The notes beneath the pieces were generated by a model that worked only from the letters and a program-made list of their open reading frames with translations, was not told the origin of the DNA and ran no database searches. DNA of 64,000 nt. It comes from Myxococcota bacterium (GTDB taxonomy: Bacteria; Myxococcota_A; Polyangia; Polyangiales; Sandaracinaceae). A program made the position numbers and the translations under genes. The stretch is from assembly GCA_036149055.1 (NCBI GenBank), contig JAYZQJ010000178.1, positions 1 to 64,000 on the forward strand. The letters run 5' to 3'. This document shows positions 19,312-28,880 of the stretch, piece after piece; within the stretch, counting starts at the first letter, position 1; every line of letters starts with the position of its first letter.

Positions 19312-19463
19312 TGCTCGAGAGGCGCCGGGCCACCCCCGCCCGCTTCCACGACACTGACCCGAGACGACGGCAGGCGACGAGCGCAGCGAGGTCGCCGCAC
19401 GGACAACCACCACCTGTGTTCGATCCCGCGGCAGCGGGCGGCCAGCCGCTTCGCCAATGGGGG

Positions 19464-19486
19464 GGAGGGTTTGCACCAAACCCTCC
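19464..19486. terminator. Perfect 10-bp hairpin between convergent genes
   Basis: GGAGGGTTTG-cac-CAAACCCTCC. Confidence 0.45.
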
Positions 19487-19492
19487 AAGAGC

Positions 19493-20161
19493 TCAGGTCC
19501 CGTCGGGCGCGCACACGCCTTGCCCACCGCCCGGGCGCGGCTGGTTCTGATGACAGTGGCAGGCCCCGAGCGCGTAGCAGTCCTCCTCGCGCGTGCAGTT
19601 CCCCGTGCAGTCGGCGCTCCCGTCACCCCCAGCGCCGAACACGCCGACCCGGATCGAGACGAGGCGCTCCTCGCGCCAGTAGTCGTAGTCCCGCTGCGCG
19701 GCGTCGACGATCCACTCGAGGTCCGCCTGCGTCGCGGCCATCACGCAAGCCGTCGCCGCGCCGTCGGTCTCGTCGTCTTCGACCTGCAGCACGCAGCCCA
19801 CGCCGATCTCGCACTCGGCGACCATCATGATCGCGCCGAAGGGCCCGCACGCCGAGCTCGGGGGCGCGTCGCGGTAGCAGGACACGAGGTCGGGGCCGGC
19901 CCGCTGCGCCAACTCCGTCGCGATGTGCTCGCCTCCCTCCGCCGCGGTGCCAGCGCCCGGGGTCGAGGTGAGCGCGCGCCCCACGGAGCCGAACACGTCG
20001 GAAGCCGAGCCGGCCAGGAGCGTCGGCTCCGCGAAGTCCTCGGCGTGCTCGATCGGCCCGCGCAGGGCGGGGTCGATCAGCGCCTCGTGCCCCGCGCCGA
20101 CATGCGCCGCGCACGCCGTCCCGACGATCATCAGGGTCAGTCCAGTCATCCAGTTCTTCAT
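19493..20161 (-). CDS. Hypothetical secreted Cys-containing protein
   Basis: Signal-like MKNWMTGLTLMIVGTAC; GGAG upstream; Cys-rich C-terminus. Confidence 0.55.
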   Translation of the reverse strand: MKNWMTGLTLMIVGTACAAHVGAGHEALIDPALRGPIEHAEDFAEPTLLAGSASDVFGSVGRALTSTPGAGTAAEGGEHIATELAQRAGPDLVSCYRDAPPSSACGPFGAIMMVAECEIGVGCVLQVEDDETDGAATACVMAATQADLEWIVDAAQRDYDYWREERLVSIRVGVFGAGGDGSADCTGNCTREEDCYALGACHCHQNQPRPGGGQGVCAPDGT

Positions 20162-20285
20162 CGTGAGCTCCTCTCGGTGAGACGCGACGAGGAGCAAGAC
20201 CCGGGCCCGGCGTGCGGCGGGGCCCCGAGCGCGGCGAAGGTCTCGCGTGGCGACGCTGCCCGTCGTCCGTGACGTCGCCGCGACG

Positions 20286-21401
20286 TCAGGTGCTCGCCGC
20301 GCGCAGCGAGAAGCGGCTCTCGGCCAGCACGACGCCGTTCACCTGTACGTCCACCACGTGCTCCCCGGGGTAGAGCGGGCGGATCGTCGTCACGCGCATC
20401 GGCTGCTTCTTGGTCAGCGACGCCGTCTCGCCCGCGCGCATCGACAGGGTCTTCCACTTGAAGACCTTGGGCCGCGCCTCCCCGTTCGACTTGCGATAGT
20501 GCACCCGGTAGTCGACGAGCAGCTCGCACCGGACCGCGCTCTCGATCGTCAGCGAGAGCGTCACGTGCTCGCCGATCGCCACCCGCTCCGGCGAGACCGA
20601 CAGCGACGCCGTCAGCCCCTTCGGCGGCCCGAAGCCGAGCACCTCGAGCGCGCGCGGATCCCCCGCCTTCACCAGCGTGCGGAGCGCGTGCTTCACCACC
20701 CAGGCGCGCTCCTCGCTCGCGCCCTCCATCCAGCGCGCCGCGATCGCCAGCACCGCCTCGGGGTGATCCTTGGCGACGTCGTTCAGGCAGTTCGCCACCG
20801 ACTTGCGCACGTAGAGCGAGGGATCGTCCTTCAGCGCCTCGAGCACCGGGAAGATCGGCGACGGGTCGGCGACCAGCGCGTCGAGGCGCTTGCCCCAGGG
20901 CAGCCGCGGCCGGATCCCCTCCGAGCACCAGCGCCGCACGTGCGCGCTCTCGTGACCCGTCAGCGCCTGCAGGCGCGCGAACACCTCGTCGGGATAGCGC
21001 TCGACGAACGGCCGGATCGCGAACTCGCTGGTCAGCCGCTGGGTCAGCGCGATCATCGCCTCCCAGGACGCGTCGAGGTGCTCCACCCCGTGGTCGGCGA
21101 TCAGCTGCCCGATCGGCCACTGGAGGTAGCCGTGGGTGACGCTGTCGGTCCCGTCGAGGATCGGCGGCAGGCTCTCGGTGACGATCCGGAGGCCGTCCTC
21201 CATGTCGTCCGGCAGCTCCGCCCGGAGCGCGCTCGAGAAGCGCCGCACCCGGTCCATCATCTCCAGGTCGTCGATGCCCTCGGTCGCGCGCGCGTAGAAG
21301 CGCGCCTCGTCGAAGCGCGGCGACACCGCGCGCAGCTGGGCCCCGAGCGCCCGGGCCGCGTCGCGATCGAACCAGTCCTTGAACGCCTTGTTCTCACCCA
21401 T
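20286..21401 (-). CDS. DNA alkylation repair protein (AlkD-like HEAT-repeat, COG4335-type)
   Basis: TSEFAIRPF, HVRRWCSEGIRPRLPW, LKDDPSLYVRKSVANCLND, KVFKW, TTIRPLYPGEH. Confidence 0.85.
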   Translation of the reverse strand: MGENKAFKDWFDRDAARALGAQLRAVSPRFDEARFYARATEGIDDLEMMDRVRRFSSALRAELPDDMEDGLRIVTESLPPILDGTDSVTHGYLQWPIGQLIADHGVEHLDASWEAMIALTQRLTSEFAIRPFVERYPDEVFARLQALTGHESAHVRRWCSEGIRPRLPWGKRLDALVADPSPIFPVLEALKDDPSLYVRKSVANCLNDVAKDHPEAVLAIAARWMEGASEERAWVVKHALRTLVKAGDPRALEVLGFGPPKGLTASLSVSPERVAIGEHVTLSLTIESAVRCELLVDYRVHYRKSNGEARPKVFKWKTLSMRAGETASLTKKQPMRVTTIRPLYPGEHVVDVQVNGVVLAESRFSLRAAST

Positions 21402-21477
21402 GGCGCGCATGGTCGGGCGCGCCCCCCCGGGCGGCAACCCGCTTGATGCGGTGACTGCGCGGGAGTATCGAGACCGG

Positions 21478-22716
21478 GTGCGCGCTTTCCTCACCTTCGC
21501 CCTCACCTCGAGCCTCGTCGCCTGCGGCGGGGATCCCGCCCCCACCGACGGTGGCGTCACCCCGCCCGACGCGGCCGCCGACAGCGGCGCCACGCTCCCG
21601 CCCGGCCCGCGCCCCACCAAGCGCAGCGACGTGCAGGGCGCGTGGGATCCGGCCACGTCGTCGTTCGTCATCTTCGGCGGCGACGACGGCCCGATCGTCA
21701 ACCAGCGCCCGATGGCCGCCTTCCGGGACGACACCTGGCTCTTCGTCGCGGGCGAGGGCTGGGTCGAGATCGAGGGCGCCGGGCCCAGCCCCCGCGCGCG
21801 CTACGCCACCGCCTACGGCGACGGTCAGCTCTTCCTCTTCGGCGGGCGCTACCGCGACACCGGCGCGATGGGCGACTACACGCTCTACGCCGATCTCTGG
21901 GCCTTCGACTTCGAGACCCGCGAGTGGAGCCAGCTCGACGACGGCACCGGCCCGGCCGCGCGCTACTTCGCCACCGCGGCCTACGACGAGGGCAGCGGCA
22001 CCCTCTACGTCGCCGGCGGCGGCACGAACGCGAACGCGCTCCGCCCCGAGGCCCCGCAGGACCTCTGGGCGTGGGACGGCGCGACATGGCGCGAGATCCC
22101 GACCAGCGGCGCCGCGCCCTCGTCTCGGCTCTTCGAGGCCTGGGCCCACGACACGAGCCGCGGCCAGCTCGTCGCCTTCGGCGGTCAGGTCGGCGACTTC
22201 TTCTCGCCCGCGTTCGACGAGCTCTTCGCGCTCGACCTCGAGACCGGCGCCTGGACCCAGCTCGACGCGGGCGGCGCCGGCGGACCCTCCGGCCGCTTCA
22301 ACGCGATGATGGCCTACGACCCCGAGGGCGACCGCTACCTGATGTTCGGCGGCCACGCCGACCCGGGCGTGACCAACGATCTCTGGGCCTTCGACCCGAA
22401 CGGCGGGGGCTGGAGCGTGCTCTCGGCCGGCGACGCCTTCACCGGCGAGCCCCTCGGGTGCCTCGGCAACTCCGCGGAGATCCCGCAGAACTACGTCACC
22501 CAGGATCTCGAGGCGCCCGAGCGCCGCCAGGGCGGCTTCTTCGACCTCCACGATGGCCAGATCTGGCTCTTCGCCGGCGAGTCGGACTGCAGCGACCACC
22601 TCGACGACATCTGGACCTACGACCTCGCGACCGACACCTGGCGCGAGGTCCTCGAGGCGCGCTCCGGCGAGACCTGCGACCGCCGCGGCGACGACTGCAT
22701 GTGCCTGTGCCTCTGA
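21478..22716 (+). CDS. Kelch-repeat lipoprotein
   Basis: Lipobox SLVAC; repeated LFGG...DLW.FD...W blades. Confidence 0.8.
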   Translation: MRAFLTFALTSSLVACGGDPAPTDGGVTPPDAAADSGATLPPGPRPTKRSDVQGAWDPATSSFVIFGGDDGPIVNQRPMAAFRDDTWLFVAGEGWVEIEGAGPSPRARYATAYGDGQLFLFGGRYRDTGAMGDYTLYADLWAFDFETREWSQLDDGTGPAARYFATAAYDEGSGTLYVAGGGTNANALRPEAPQDLWAWDGATWREIPTSGAAPSSRLFEAWAHDTSRGQLVAFGGQVGDFFSPAFDELFALDLETGAWTQLDAGGAGGPSGRFNAMMAYDPEGDRYLMFGGHADPGVTNDLWAFDPNGGGWSVLSAGDAFTGEPLGCLGNSAEIPQNYVTQDLEAPERRQGGFFDLHDGQIWLFAGESDCSDHLDDIWTYDLATDTWREVLEARSGETCDRRGDDCMCLCL

Positions 22717-23225
22717 GAGCGCTGGCCGCCCTGCTGCTGCTCGGCTGCGGCGGCGCGGAGCCCGAGGACGCGTCGATCCCGCCGGTCGACGCCGGCCCCC
22801 CGGCGGTGGAGCTGGGCACCGGTCACCCCGACTTCGAGCCCATCGAGGACGGCGGCGAGCTGGAGTTCATCCTCGGGCCTCAGGGCGGCTTCCACTTCCT
22901 CGCGTCGGCGCGGGCGAGCGGCGTGGTCCCCGGCAACCCGGACGACCGCTTCGACGCGTCCAACCCGACCACCACCTTCCGCGCGTTCGTCGGTGACCGG
23001 CGCGTCGACCTGATGGCCTCGAGCTACACCCAGGGCCTCGACCCGAGCCTCGAGCCCGGCGTCTACGAGATGGTCGGCCGCCTCCTCCTCCTCGACATCG
23101 AGCGCTGCTCGGACCTCACCGGCATGACGGTGCGGGTCGAGGTGGAGATCGAAGACGCCGCCGGCGCGCGCGTGCGGGACGAGCGCACCGTCACCGCGGT
23201 GCCTCACCCGCTCAACGGCTGCTGA
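22701..23225 (+). CDS. Hypothetical myxobacterial lipoprotein
   Basis: Lipobox LLLGC; VELGTG...GPQGGFH segment; overlaps the Kelch gene stop. Confidence 0.65.
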   Translation: MPVPLRALAALLLLGCGGAEPEDASIPPVDAGPPAVELGTGHPDFEPIEDGGELEFILGPQGGFHFLASARASGVVPGNPDDRFDASNPTTTFRAFVGDRRVDLMASSYTQGLDPSLEPGVYEMVGRLLLLDIERCSDLTGMTVRVEVEIEDAAGARVRDERTVTAVPHPLNGC

Positions 23226-23723
23226 TCACACCTCGCCGAGCGGCGGCACCGCGACGACGCCGGTGCTCGCGGGGGGCGCACCGCGGAAGATCATGATCCA
23301 GCTCCGCGTCCCCAGCGGCACCCCGTCGCTGACCGTGTGGATCGGCCCGAGGCGAGTGGCCGGGACGTCGCGCGCCGGCGCGATCTCCACGATGGTGCCG
23401 TCCGGCATCAGGAAGCGCCGCGTCTCCTCGTCGGCGTGCTCGGCCATCGCCGCGTAGTACGCCATCGCGTCGGCGACCGAGAGCGCGCTGCTGAGGTAGA
23501 CGGCGGTGAACGACGTCTCGTCGTCGATCGTCATCTCCTCGCCGTGGAGGCGCCGCGTGCCGTCCGGGACGCTGACCCCGAGCGCCGACTCGACCGGCTC
23601 GCCGGGGCGGGCGATCCACCAGGCGCACGCCGCCGTCCAGGAGCCGAGCGCGAGCGCGAGCGCGGAGAGCATCAGCCGCCTCGCCGGACGGCGGAGGTCT
23701 CGGGTCGGCCTCAGCACGCGCAT
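23226..23723 (-). CDS. Hypothetical membrane-anchored protein
   Basis: N-terminal hydrophobic helix; fills the gap in a coding-like frame. Confidence 0.5.
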   Translation of the reverse strand: MRVLRPTRDLRRPARRLMLSALALALGSWTAACAWWIARPGEPVESALGVSVPDGTRRLHGEEMTIDDETSFTAVYLSSALSVADAMAYYAAMAEHADEETRRFLMPDGTIVEIAPARDVPATRLGPIHTVSDGVPLGTRSWIMIFRGAPPASTGVVAVPPLGEV

Positions 23724-23849
23724 TCGTTCGTTCGCTCCTGGATGGCAGAGATCAGTACGGCGGGAGGGGCCGTGCGTTGCAGGTCCCTCTCTGAGGGATC
23801 CATAAGTTCATTCGGAGATCTGGCAACGGGGCGCTGCTATCGTCTCCGG

Positions 23850-24740
23850 GTGAGCGACGGCTGGATCGAGCTGGACGGGGTGGCCGAGGACGCGCTGCCT
23901 TCGTGGGCGAAGGACGGACGGACCGGCGATCGCGTCGCCTTCCTCGAGGCCGGGCTGCTCGTCGTCGAAGGCGGGCTCGCGACGGTCGCGCGCTGGAGCG
24001 ACGTCGTCTCGGTCGTCTCCCACGCCGGGTGCGTCTACGTGCTCGTCCCGCGCCGCCCGCCGCACCCGCCGTGGATCGCGGTCGACGGCGCCCTCGTCCC
24101 GGACGGCGTGGACGCCTTCCTCCGGCGCCTCGAGGAGCGCCGCCGGAGCGGCGGCTACCGCGACGCGATCCGGGCGCAGCGGCAGGACCTCTCTCTCGAC
24201 GAGCTGCGGCGACGGGTCAGCGCGCGGGAGGCGGTGCCCGGCGCGCTCGAGGTCCCCTCGACGATCGTGCTCGGCCGCTCCTACCCCGGGCTCGGGCTCG
24301 CCCAGTTCGGCTCCATCGCCGGCGCCTCCATGGCCGGCCTCTTCGCCAGCGTCGCCCTCGCCGTGGTCGCCGACGCGCCGGAGCTCGCCGGGCTCTGCAC
24401 CTACGCGGGGCTCTTCCTCGGCATCTTCGGCGGCGCGCTCCTCGCGCGCTACGTCGGTCAGCGTTGGCGCGCGGCGAAGGACGCCACGCTGCCTCGCCAG
24501 CGGGTGCTCGTGCTCGCCCCCGACGGCTGCATCATCGGCTTCCGCACCGGCGTCCAGACCCTGCGCTGGGCCGACGTCGGCCGCTTCGAGGCGGCGCGCG
24601 CGCAGTCGAGCCTCGAGCTCGGGCTCGTGGTGCGCGGGCCGGAGGGGGGCGTGCTCGGCGAGATCGACGCGGCGTGGCTCGACGCGCCCCTCCTCCTGGT
24701 GGTCGCCGTCGCGGAGGCCTACCGAGACGCCGCCCGGTAA
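23850..24740 (+). CDS. Hypothetical membrane protein (two TM helices; GGYR motif)
   Basis: GTG 6 nt after TATCGT; central TM hairpin. Confidence 0.6.
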   Translation: MSDGWIELDGVAEDALPSWAKDGRTGDRVAFLEAGLLVVEGGLATVARWSDVVSVVSHAGCVYVLVPRRPPHPPWIAVDGALVPDGVDAFLRRLEERRRSGGYRDAIRAQRQDLSLDELRRRVSAREAVPGALEVPSTIVLGRSYPGLGLAQFGSIAGASMAGLFASVALAVVADAPELAGLCTYAGLFLGIFGGALLARYVGQRWRAAKDATLPRQRVLVLAPDGCIIGFRTGVQTLRWADVGRFEAARAQSSLELGLVVRGPEGGVLGEIDAAWLDAPLLLVVAVAEAYRDAAR

Positions 24741-24750
24741 GCGCGACGAC

Positions 24751-25413
24751 CTATCTCGCGACGCAGGTGTGCTCGCCCTCGGTCGGTGACGGCTCGGTGT
24801 CGCCGGGGCACTGCACCATGCACGTGGCGGTGTCACGGCACAGCACGGTGCAGTCCGCCTCGCAGGTCACGGTGCAGGTGGCGCCCATCGCGCACTCCAC
24901 GTCGCCCTCGTCGGCGACGGTCACGGTGCAGGTCGCGTCGCTGCAGAGCACGTCGGCGTCGCGTCCGCTGGTGACGGTGCAGGAGGCCTCCATGTCGCAG
25001 CGGATCTCGTTGTCGGCTCCGGTCGCCTCGAACGTGCACATGGAGCCCGTGCACCCGAGGTCGGCGTTGTCTCCGGCGGTGGTCACGTCGCAGCTGGAGC
25101 CGGCGGCGCAGGACACGTCGGTGTCGCCGAGCGCGTCGACCACGCAGTCGGCCATCGCGTCACAGTCGACGTCGCACGCCTCCGCGCCGCAGTCGGTCGT
25201 GCACGTGGTGCCCTCCCCGCAGGCGAGCTGGCAGCCGGAGCCCTCGAGGGCGTCGCAGGTGAGCCCGCAGTCGTAGCCGAGCGGGCAGAGGCAGCTGACC
25301 CCGGTGCAAGCGCACTCGGGGCCGGGACACGCGACGCGGTCACCGGGCGAACTCTCGCCGGCGCAAGCGACGAGAAGGAAGGAGAGAGTGAAAGCAGAGA
25401 TCGTGGTCTTCAT
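24751..25413 (-). CDS. Cys-rich lipoprotein with C-x5-C-x3-C type repeats
   Basis: MKTTISAFTLSFLLVAC lipoprotein signal; regular Cys spacing. Confidence 0.7.
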   Translation of the reverse strand: MKTTISAFTLSFLLVACAGESSPGDRVACPGPECACTGVSCLCPLGYDCGLTCDALEGSGCQLACGEGTTCTTDCGAEACDVDCDAMADCVVDALGDTDVSCAAGSSCDVTTAGDNADLGCTGSMCTFEATGADNEIRCDMEASCTVTSGRDADVLCSDATCTVTVADEGDVECAMGATCTVTCEADCTVLCRDTATCMVQCPGDTEPSPTEGEHTCVAR

Positions 25414-25445
25414 GCCCCGTGGGTCACGCCACGCCGCTGGTTTGA

Positions 25446-25991
25446 TTAACAAGAATCGCCGTCGACGCAGATCAGGTCGGACGGGCGCGTCGGGTAGGTG
25501 CAGCAGGCGCGCGCGCACGCGCCGCAGTCCGAGGCGGGCACGAACGGGGTGCAGGTCCCGCCGACGCAGATCTGGTTCGCGCCGCAGGGTCGCCCGCACT
25601 CCCCGCAGTGCAGCGGGTGGGTGCGCACGTCGACGCAGCCGTCGAGGCACGCCGTCCCGGCCGCGCAGGCGTCGACGCAGACGCCCGCCTCACAGACGGC
25701 GGGGCAGTCGACGTCTCCGGCGCCGCAGTGGCGCCCGTCCGCCTGGGGGTCGACGCACTCCGAGCCGATCCGGACGAGCCCCTCGCGGCAGACGCACGCG
25801 CCGTCGACGCAGTACTCGTCGTCTTCGCAGTGCCTCGCCGTCGCGCCGCAGGACTCCGGGTCTCGCAGCGCCACCGGCGTGATCGCGCCCGCGTCCATCG
25901 TCGGCGCGCAGCCGTCGCAGCCCTCGAAGAGCTCCACCGGCTGCTGCCCGCACCCGAGGAGCAGGGCCCCGATCACCATCGCCCGCCTCAT
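25446..25991 (-). CDS. Cys-rich lipoprotein (Stigma1/MXAN_6577-like HCG.CG..C repeats)
   Basis: Lipobox LLLGC; DPESCGA, DGRHCGA, HPLHCGECGRPC repeats; ATGA overlap with the FecR gene. Confidence 0.7.
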   Translation of the reverse strand: MRRAMVIGALLLGCGQQPVELFEGCDGCAPTMDAGAITPVALRDPESCGATARHCEDDEYCVDGACVCREGLVRIGSECVDPQADGRHCGAGDVDCPAVCEAGVCVDACAAGTACLDGCVDVRTHPLHCGECGRPCGANQICVGGTCTPFVPASDCGACARACCTYPTRPSDLICVDGDSC

Positions 25992-27205
25992 CGATCGCCC
26001 CGCGCCGCGGCTCTCGCCTGCGGGGAGTCGGGGTGGTCTCGGCGCAGCCGCTCGAGCGCGGCCTCCATGGCCTGCGTCCTGCCCCGGCGCCGCTCGGCGT
26101 CCGCCTCGAGCCAGAGCGCCTCGGCGCCGAATCGACTCCTCGGGAAGCGGCGGCGCTGCGCGCGCACCGCCCGCACCGCGCGCTCGGGATCGCCGCCGCT
26201 CAGCTCCAGCCGCGCGAGGCGTATCCAGGCCGCCTCGGCCAGGGTCCCGCGCCCCGACCCCACCCGGCGGAAGAGCGCGCGGGCCCGATCGCGCTCCCCG
26301 GCGCGCCACCGCGCCTCGGCCGCGATGAGCAGCTCGCGCGCCTCGCTCGCGCGCGGAGGCGCCGACCGCTCCGCGGCGGGCTCCGCGACGGGAGCGTCGC
26401 CGGGCACGTCGATCTCCTCGACGGCCTCCTCGACGGTCGAGGCCGCCGGCTCCGGCTCGGGGGGCTCGGCTCCGGCGGCGGCGAGCTCCTGTCCGCGCGC
26501 CCAGCGCTCACCGCCGTGGAGGTGGATCTCCCGGGCCTCCGGCGCGCGCACCACGACGTGGCCCTCGTCCACCTGCACGGCCACGTGATCGCCGTCTCGC
26601 AGGACCGAGAAGCGCGTGCCGCGCACCTCCACCGTCACCTCGCCGGCGCGAACCCGGAGCGTGCCGCCTCCGAGCTCTCGGGCGTGCACCGACACGCGGC
26701 CCGCCCCCAGCGCCAGCTCGGTCGTGCATCCGTCGGGCGCCCGCATCGACAGCTCGCCGTCGATCGTCGCCGCGCCGCGCCGACCCAGCGACAGGCGGCC
26801 GTCGACCGGCGCGCCCTCGGCGGGGTCCCACGACGCGCAGCTCGCTCGAGGCGTCTCCGGCTGGCGGGGCGTCGCCACCCACAGCAGCAGCGCGGCGGCG
26901 GCGGCCATCAGGGGGATCGCCACGAGCGCGTAGCGAGCCCGCCTCGGGCGCGCCAACGCGGGGCCCTCCCGCTCCACCCGGTCGAGGATCCGCCCGCGCG
27001 CCGCCTCGTCGAGCTCCGGGGCGCCCTCCTCCGCCAGATCCTGAAGGCGGTCGCGGACCGCCTCGGCCCCGATCCCGCTCGCGACGAGCTCGGGGCCTCT
27101 CTCCAGGACCGCGTCGAGGACCCGCTCGCGGCCCGCGTCGTCCAGCCTCGGCTCCCCCGCCTCCGCGAGGGCGCCGAGCCGCGCCCGCAGCTCGTCGTCG
27201 GTCAC
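25988..27205 (-). CDS. FecR-domain anti-sigma factor with C-terminal TPR region
   Basis: Single TM; FecR motif VEVRGTRFSV...VQVDEGHVVV; TPR-like C-terminus ending HPDSPQA. Confidence 0.8.
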   Translation of the reverse strand: MTDDELRARLGALAEAGEPRLDDAGRERVLDAVLERGPELVASGIGAEAVRDRLQDLAEEGAPELDEAARGRILDRVEREGPALARPRRARYALVAIPLMAAAAALLLWVATPRQPETPRASCASWDPAEGAPVDGRLSLGRRGAATIDGELSMRAPDGCTTELALGAGRVSVHARELGGGTLRVRAGEVTVEVRGTRFSVLRDGDHVAVQVDEGHVVVRAPEAREIHLHGGERWARGQELAAAGAEPPEPEPAASTVEEAVEEIDVPGDAPVAEPAAERSAPPRASEARELLIAAEARWRAGERDRARALFRRVGSGRGTLAEAAWIRLARLELSGGDPERAVRAVRAQRRRFPRSRFGAEALWLEADAERRRGRTQAMEAALERLRRDHPDSPQARAAARGDR

Positions 27206-27786
27206 GGATCCCCCAGGAGCGAGCGGACCAGCGGGTTCGCGATCAGCTCGTGCCGGGCGTGATAGATGCGCGAGCGGACCGTGTGGGGCTTGCTCCCGGT
27301 GAGCTCCGCGATCTCCTCGGGGCTCATGCCGTCGAGCGCCCAGAGCGTGAACGCGATGCGCTTCTTCGCGGTGAGCGCGTCCAGGGCGCGGTGCAGCTGC
27401 GCCAGCCGCTCGCGAGCGGAGGCCGCGCTCTCCGGGGTCCTCTCGGGGCCCACCATCTCCGGGGGCATCGGCGCGCGGCGACTCTCGAACGCGCTCGGTC
27501 GCAGGGCCCGCCGCGCCACCCGCACGGTGATGCCGCCGACGAAGGTCGAGAGCCGACTCTCCTCGCGAAAGGTGGGCAGCGCGCGACAGAGCTCCAGGAA
27601 GACCGTCTGGACCAGGTCCTCGAAGTCGGGCCGCGGCCCCAGGATGCGTCCGAGCAGCCGCTCGACCCGGGGGAGCTCGCGCTCGGCGAGCGTCCTCAGG
27701 GCCGCTCCGTCCCCCTGCTTGGCCCGGCGCACGAGGTCGCGCTCGGAGCCGGCGAGGGCGAGCGGGCGGTGGGAGGACGCGGTCAC
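27202..27786 (-). CDS. ECF RNA polymerase sigma-70 factor
   Basis: Region 2 EDLVQTVFL..FREESRLSTF; region 4 GMSPEEIAELTG..TVRSRIYHAR. Confidence 0.88.
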   Translation of the reverse strand: MTASSHRPLALAGSERDLVRRAKQGDGAALRTLAERELPRVERLLGRILGPRPDFEDLVQTVFLELCRALPTFREESRLSTFVGGITVRVARRALRPSAFESRRAPMPPEMVGPERTPESAASARERLAQLHRALDALTAKKRIAFTLWALDGMSPEEIAELTGSKPHTVRSRIYHARHELIANPLVRSLLGDP

Positions 27787-27839
27787 ACCCGTGAGTCGCG
27801 CCGCGCCCTGGAACTGATTAATCGGCTCGTCGGGCGCGC

Positions 27840-28868
27840 TCACGCGAACCGCCAGGCGAGGCCGAGCCGACCCGCCAGCCGGAGCGTCGACTCGACGAGC
27901 AGGGGCTCTCCGAAGGCGGAGTAGACGACCGGCGCCGGGAGCACGTCGAGGCCGAGCTCCAGCGTCACCTCGAGCCCCTCTACCAGCGGCTGGCGGGCCT
28001 CGCCGGAGATCCCGAGCGACCACCCGCCGCGGAGGGCCTCGGCGCGCTCGCCCGACGGCTCCCGGGTGCCGCGCCCGACCACGACCGCCCCGCCGCCGCG
28101 GAGGTGGGCCATCAGGCGGGTCCGGACCGGGCCGACGTCGCCGCCGAAGCTCAGCCGGAGCCCCACGTCGTAGCGCTGGTAGCGACCCACCACCGTCGCC
28201 GCCTGGTCTTGCGTGTCGAACGCGCCGAGGCCGGACGCGAAGACGCCGCCGCCGATCACCCAGCGCTCGCCGGGCGGGGTGGCGACGAGCTCCAGGAAGA
28301 GCGCCGGCTGCACGAGCCACGGTGAGCCCGCGTCGCTCGAGAGCCAGGCCTCGACGCCCGCGCCCACCGTCAGCGCGAAGGCGAGCGCTCGGGGCGCCGA
28401 CCCCTCTGTCGACTCGGGCGCGGGCTCGGCCGGCGCTTCGTCCGCCGCTCGGACGGCCGCGGCATCCCGGGCTTCGGGCGTCGACGTGGTGATCGTCGCG
28501 CCCACCGTCTCCGGGTCCGCCCCGGATCGCGCCACCTCGAGCAGCTCGGTGGCTACCAGCGCGAGCGCGTAGCCGTCGTCCTCCGCCACCTCGAACCGCC
28601 GCTCGAGGACGGCGTCGTCGCGCCGCCGCCACACCCGGACGAGGGGGGTATCGGTGTCGATCGTGACCAGCAGCGTGACGCCCTCGGGCGTCGGATCGGG
28701 GGCCTCCGTGTAGCGGCGCTCGCTCGGGAGACCGACGAAGCTCGCGAACGCGTCGGCCGCCGCCGCGCCGCCCTGGCCCGAGGCCACCAGGGCCACGTCG
28801 CCCTCCTGCGCCTCCGCCACGCCGCCGCCGAGGAGGATCAGCAGGGTTACGAGACCGAGGCGCGCCAT
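27840..28868 (-). CDS. Secreted protein with probable C-terminal outer-membrane beta-barrel
   Basis: Signal peptide; amphipathic beta strands; ends GLAWRFA. Confidence 0.55.
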   Translation of the reverse strand: MARLGLVTLLILLGGGVAEAQEGDVALVASGQGGAAAADAFASFVGLPSERRYTEAPDPTPEGVTLLVTIDTDTPLVRVWRRRDDAVLERRFEVAEDDGYALALVATELLEVARSGADPETVGATITTSTPEARDAAAVRAADEAPAEPAPESTEGSAPRALAFALTVGAGVEAWLSSDAGSPWLVQPALFLELVATPPGERWVIGGGVFASGLGAFDTQDQAATVVGRYQRYDVGLRLSFGGDVGPVRTRLMAHLRGGGAVVVGRGTREPSGERAEALRGGWSLGISGEARQPLVEGLEVTLELGLDVLPAPVVYSAFGEPLLVESTLRLAGRLGLAWRFA

Positions 28869-28880
28869 CTCCGGAGCTCG

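Noticed and set aside
23821..23838. Sigma-54 promoter TGGCAACGGGGCGCTGCT
   Set aside because: GG to GC spacing is not 10 nt; the adjacent TATCGT -10 hexamer explains the start better.
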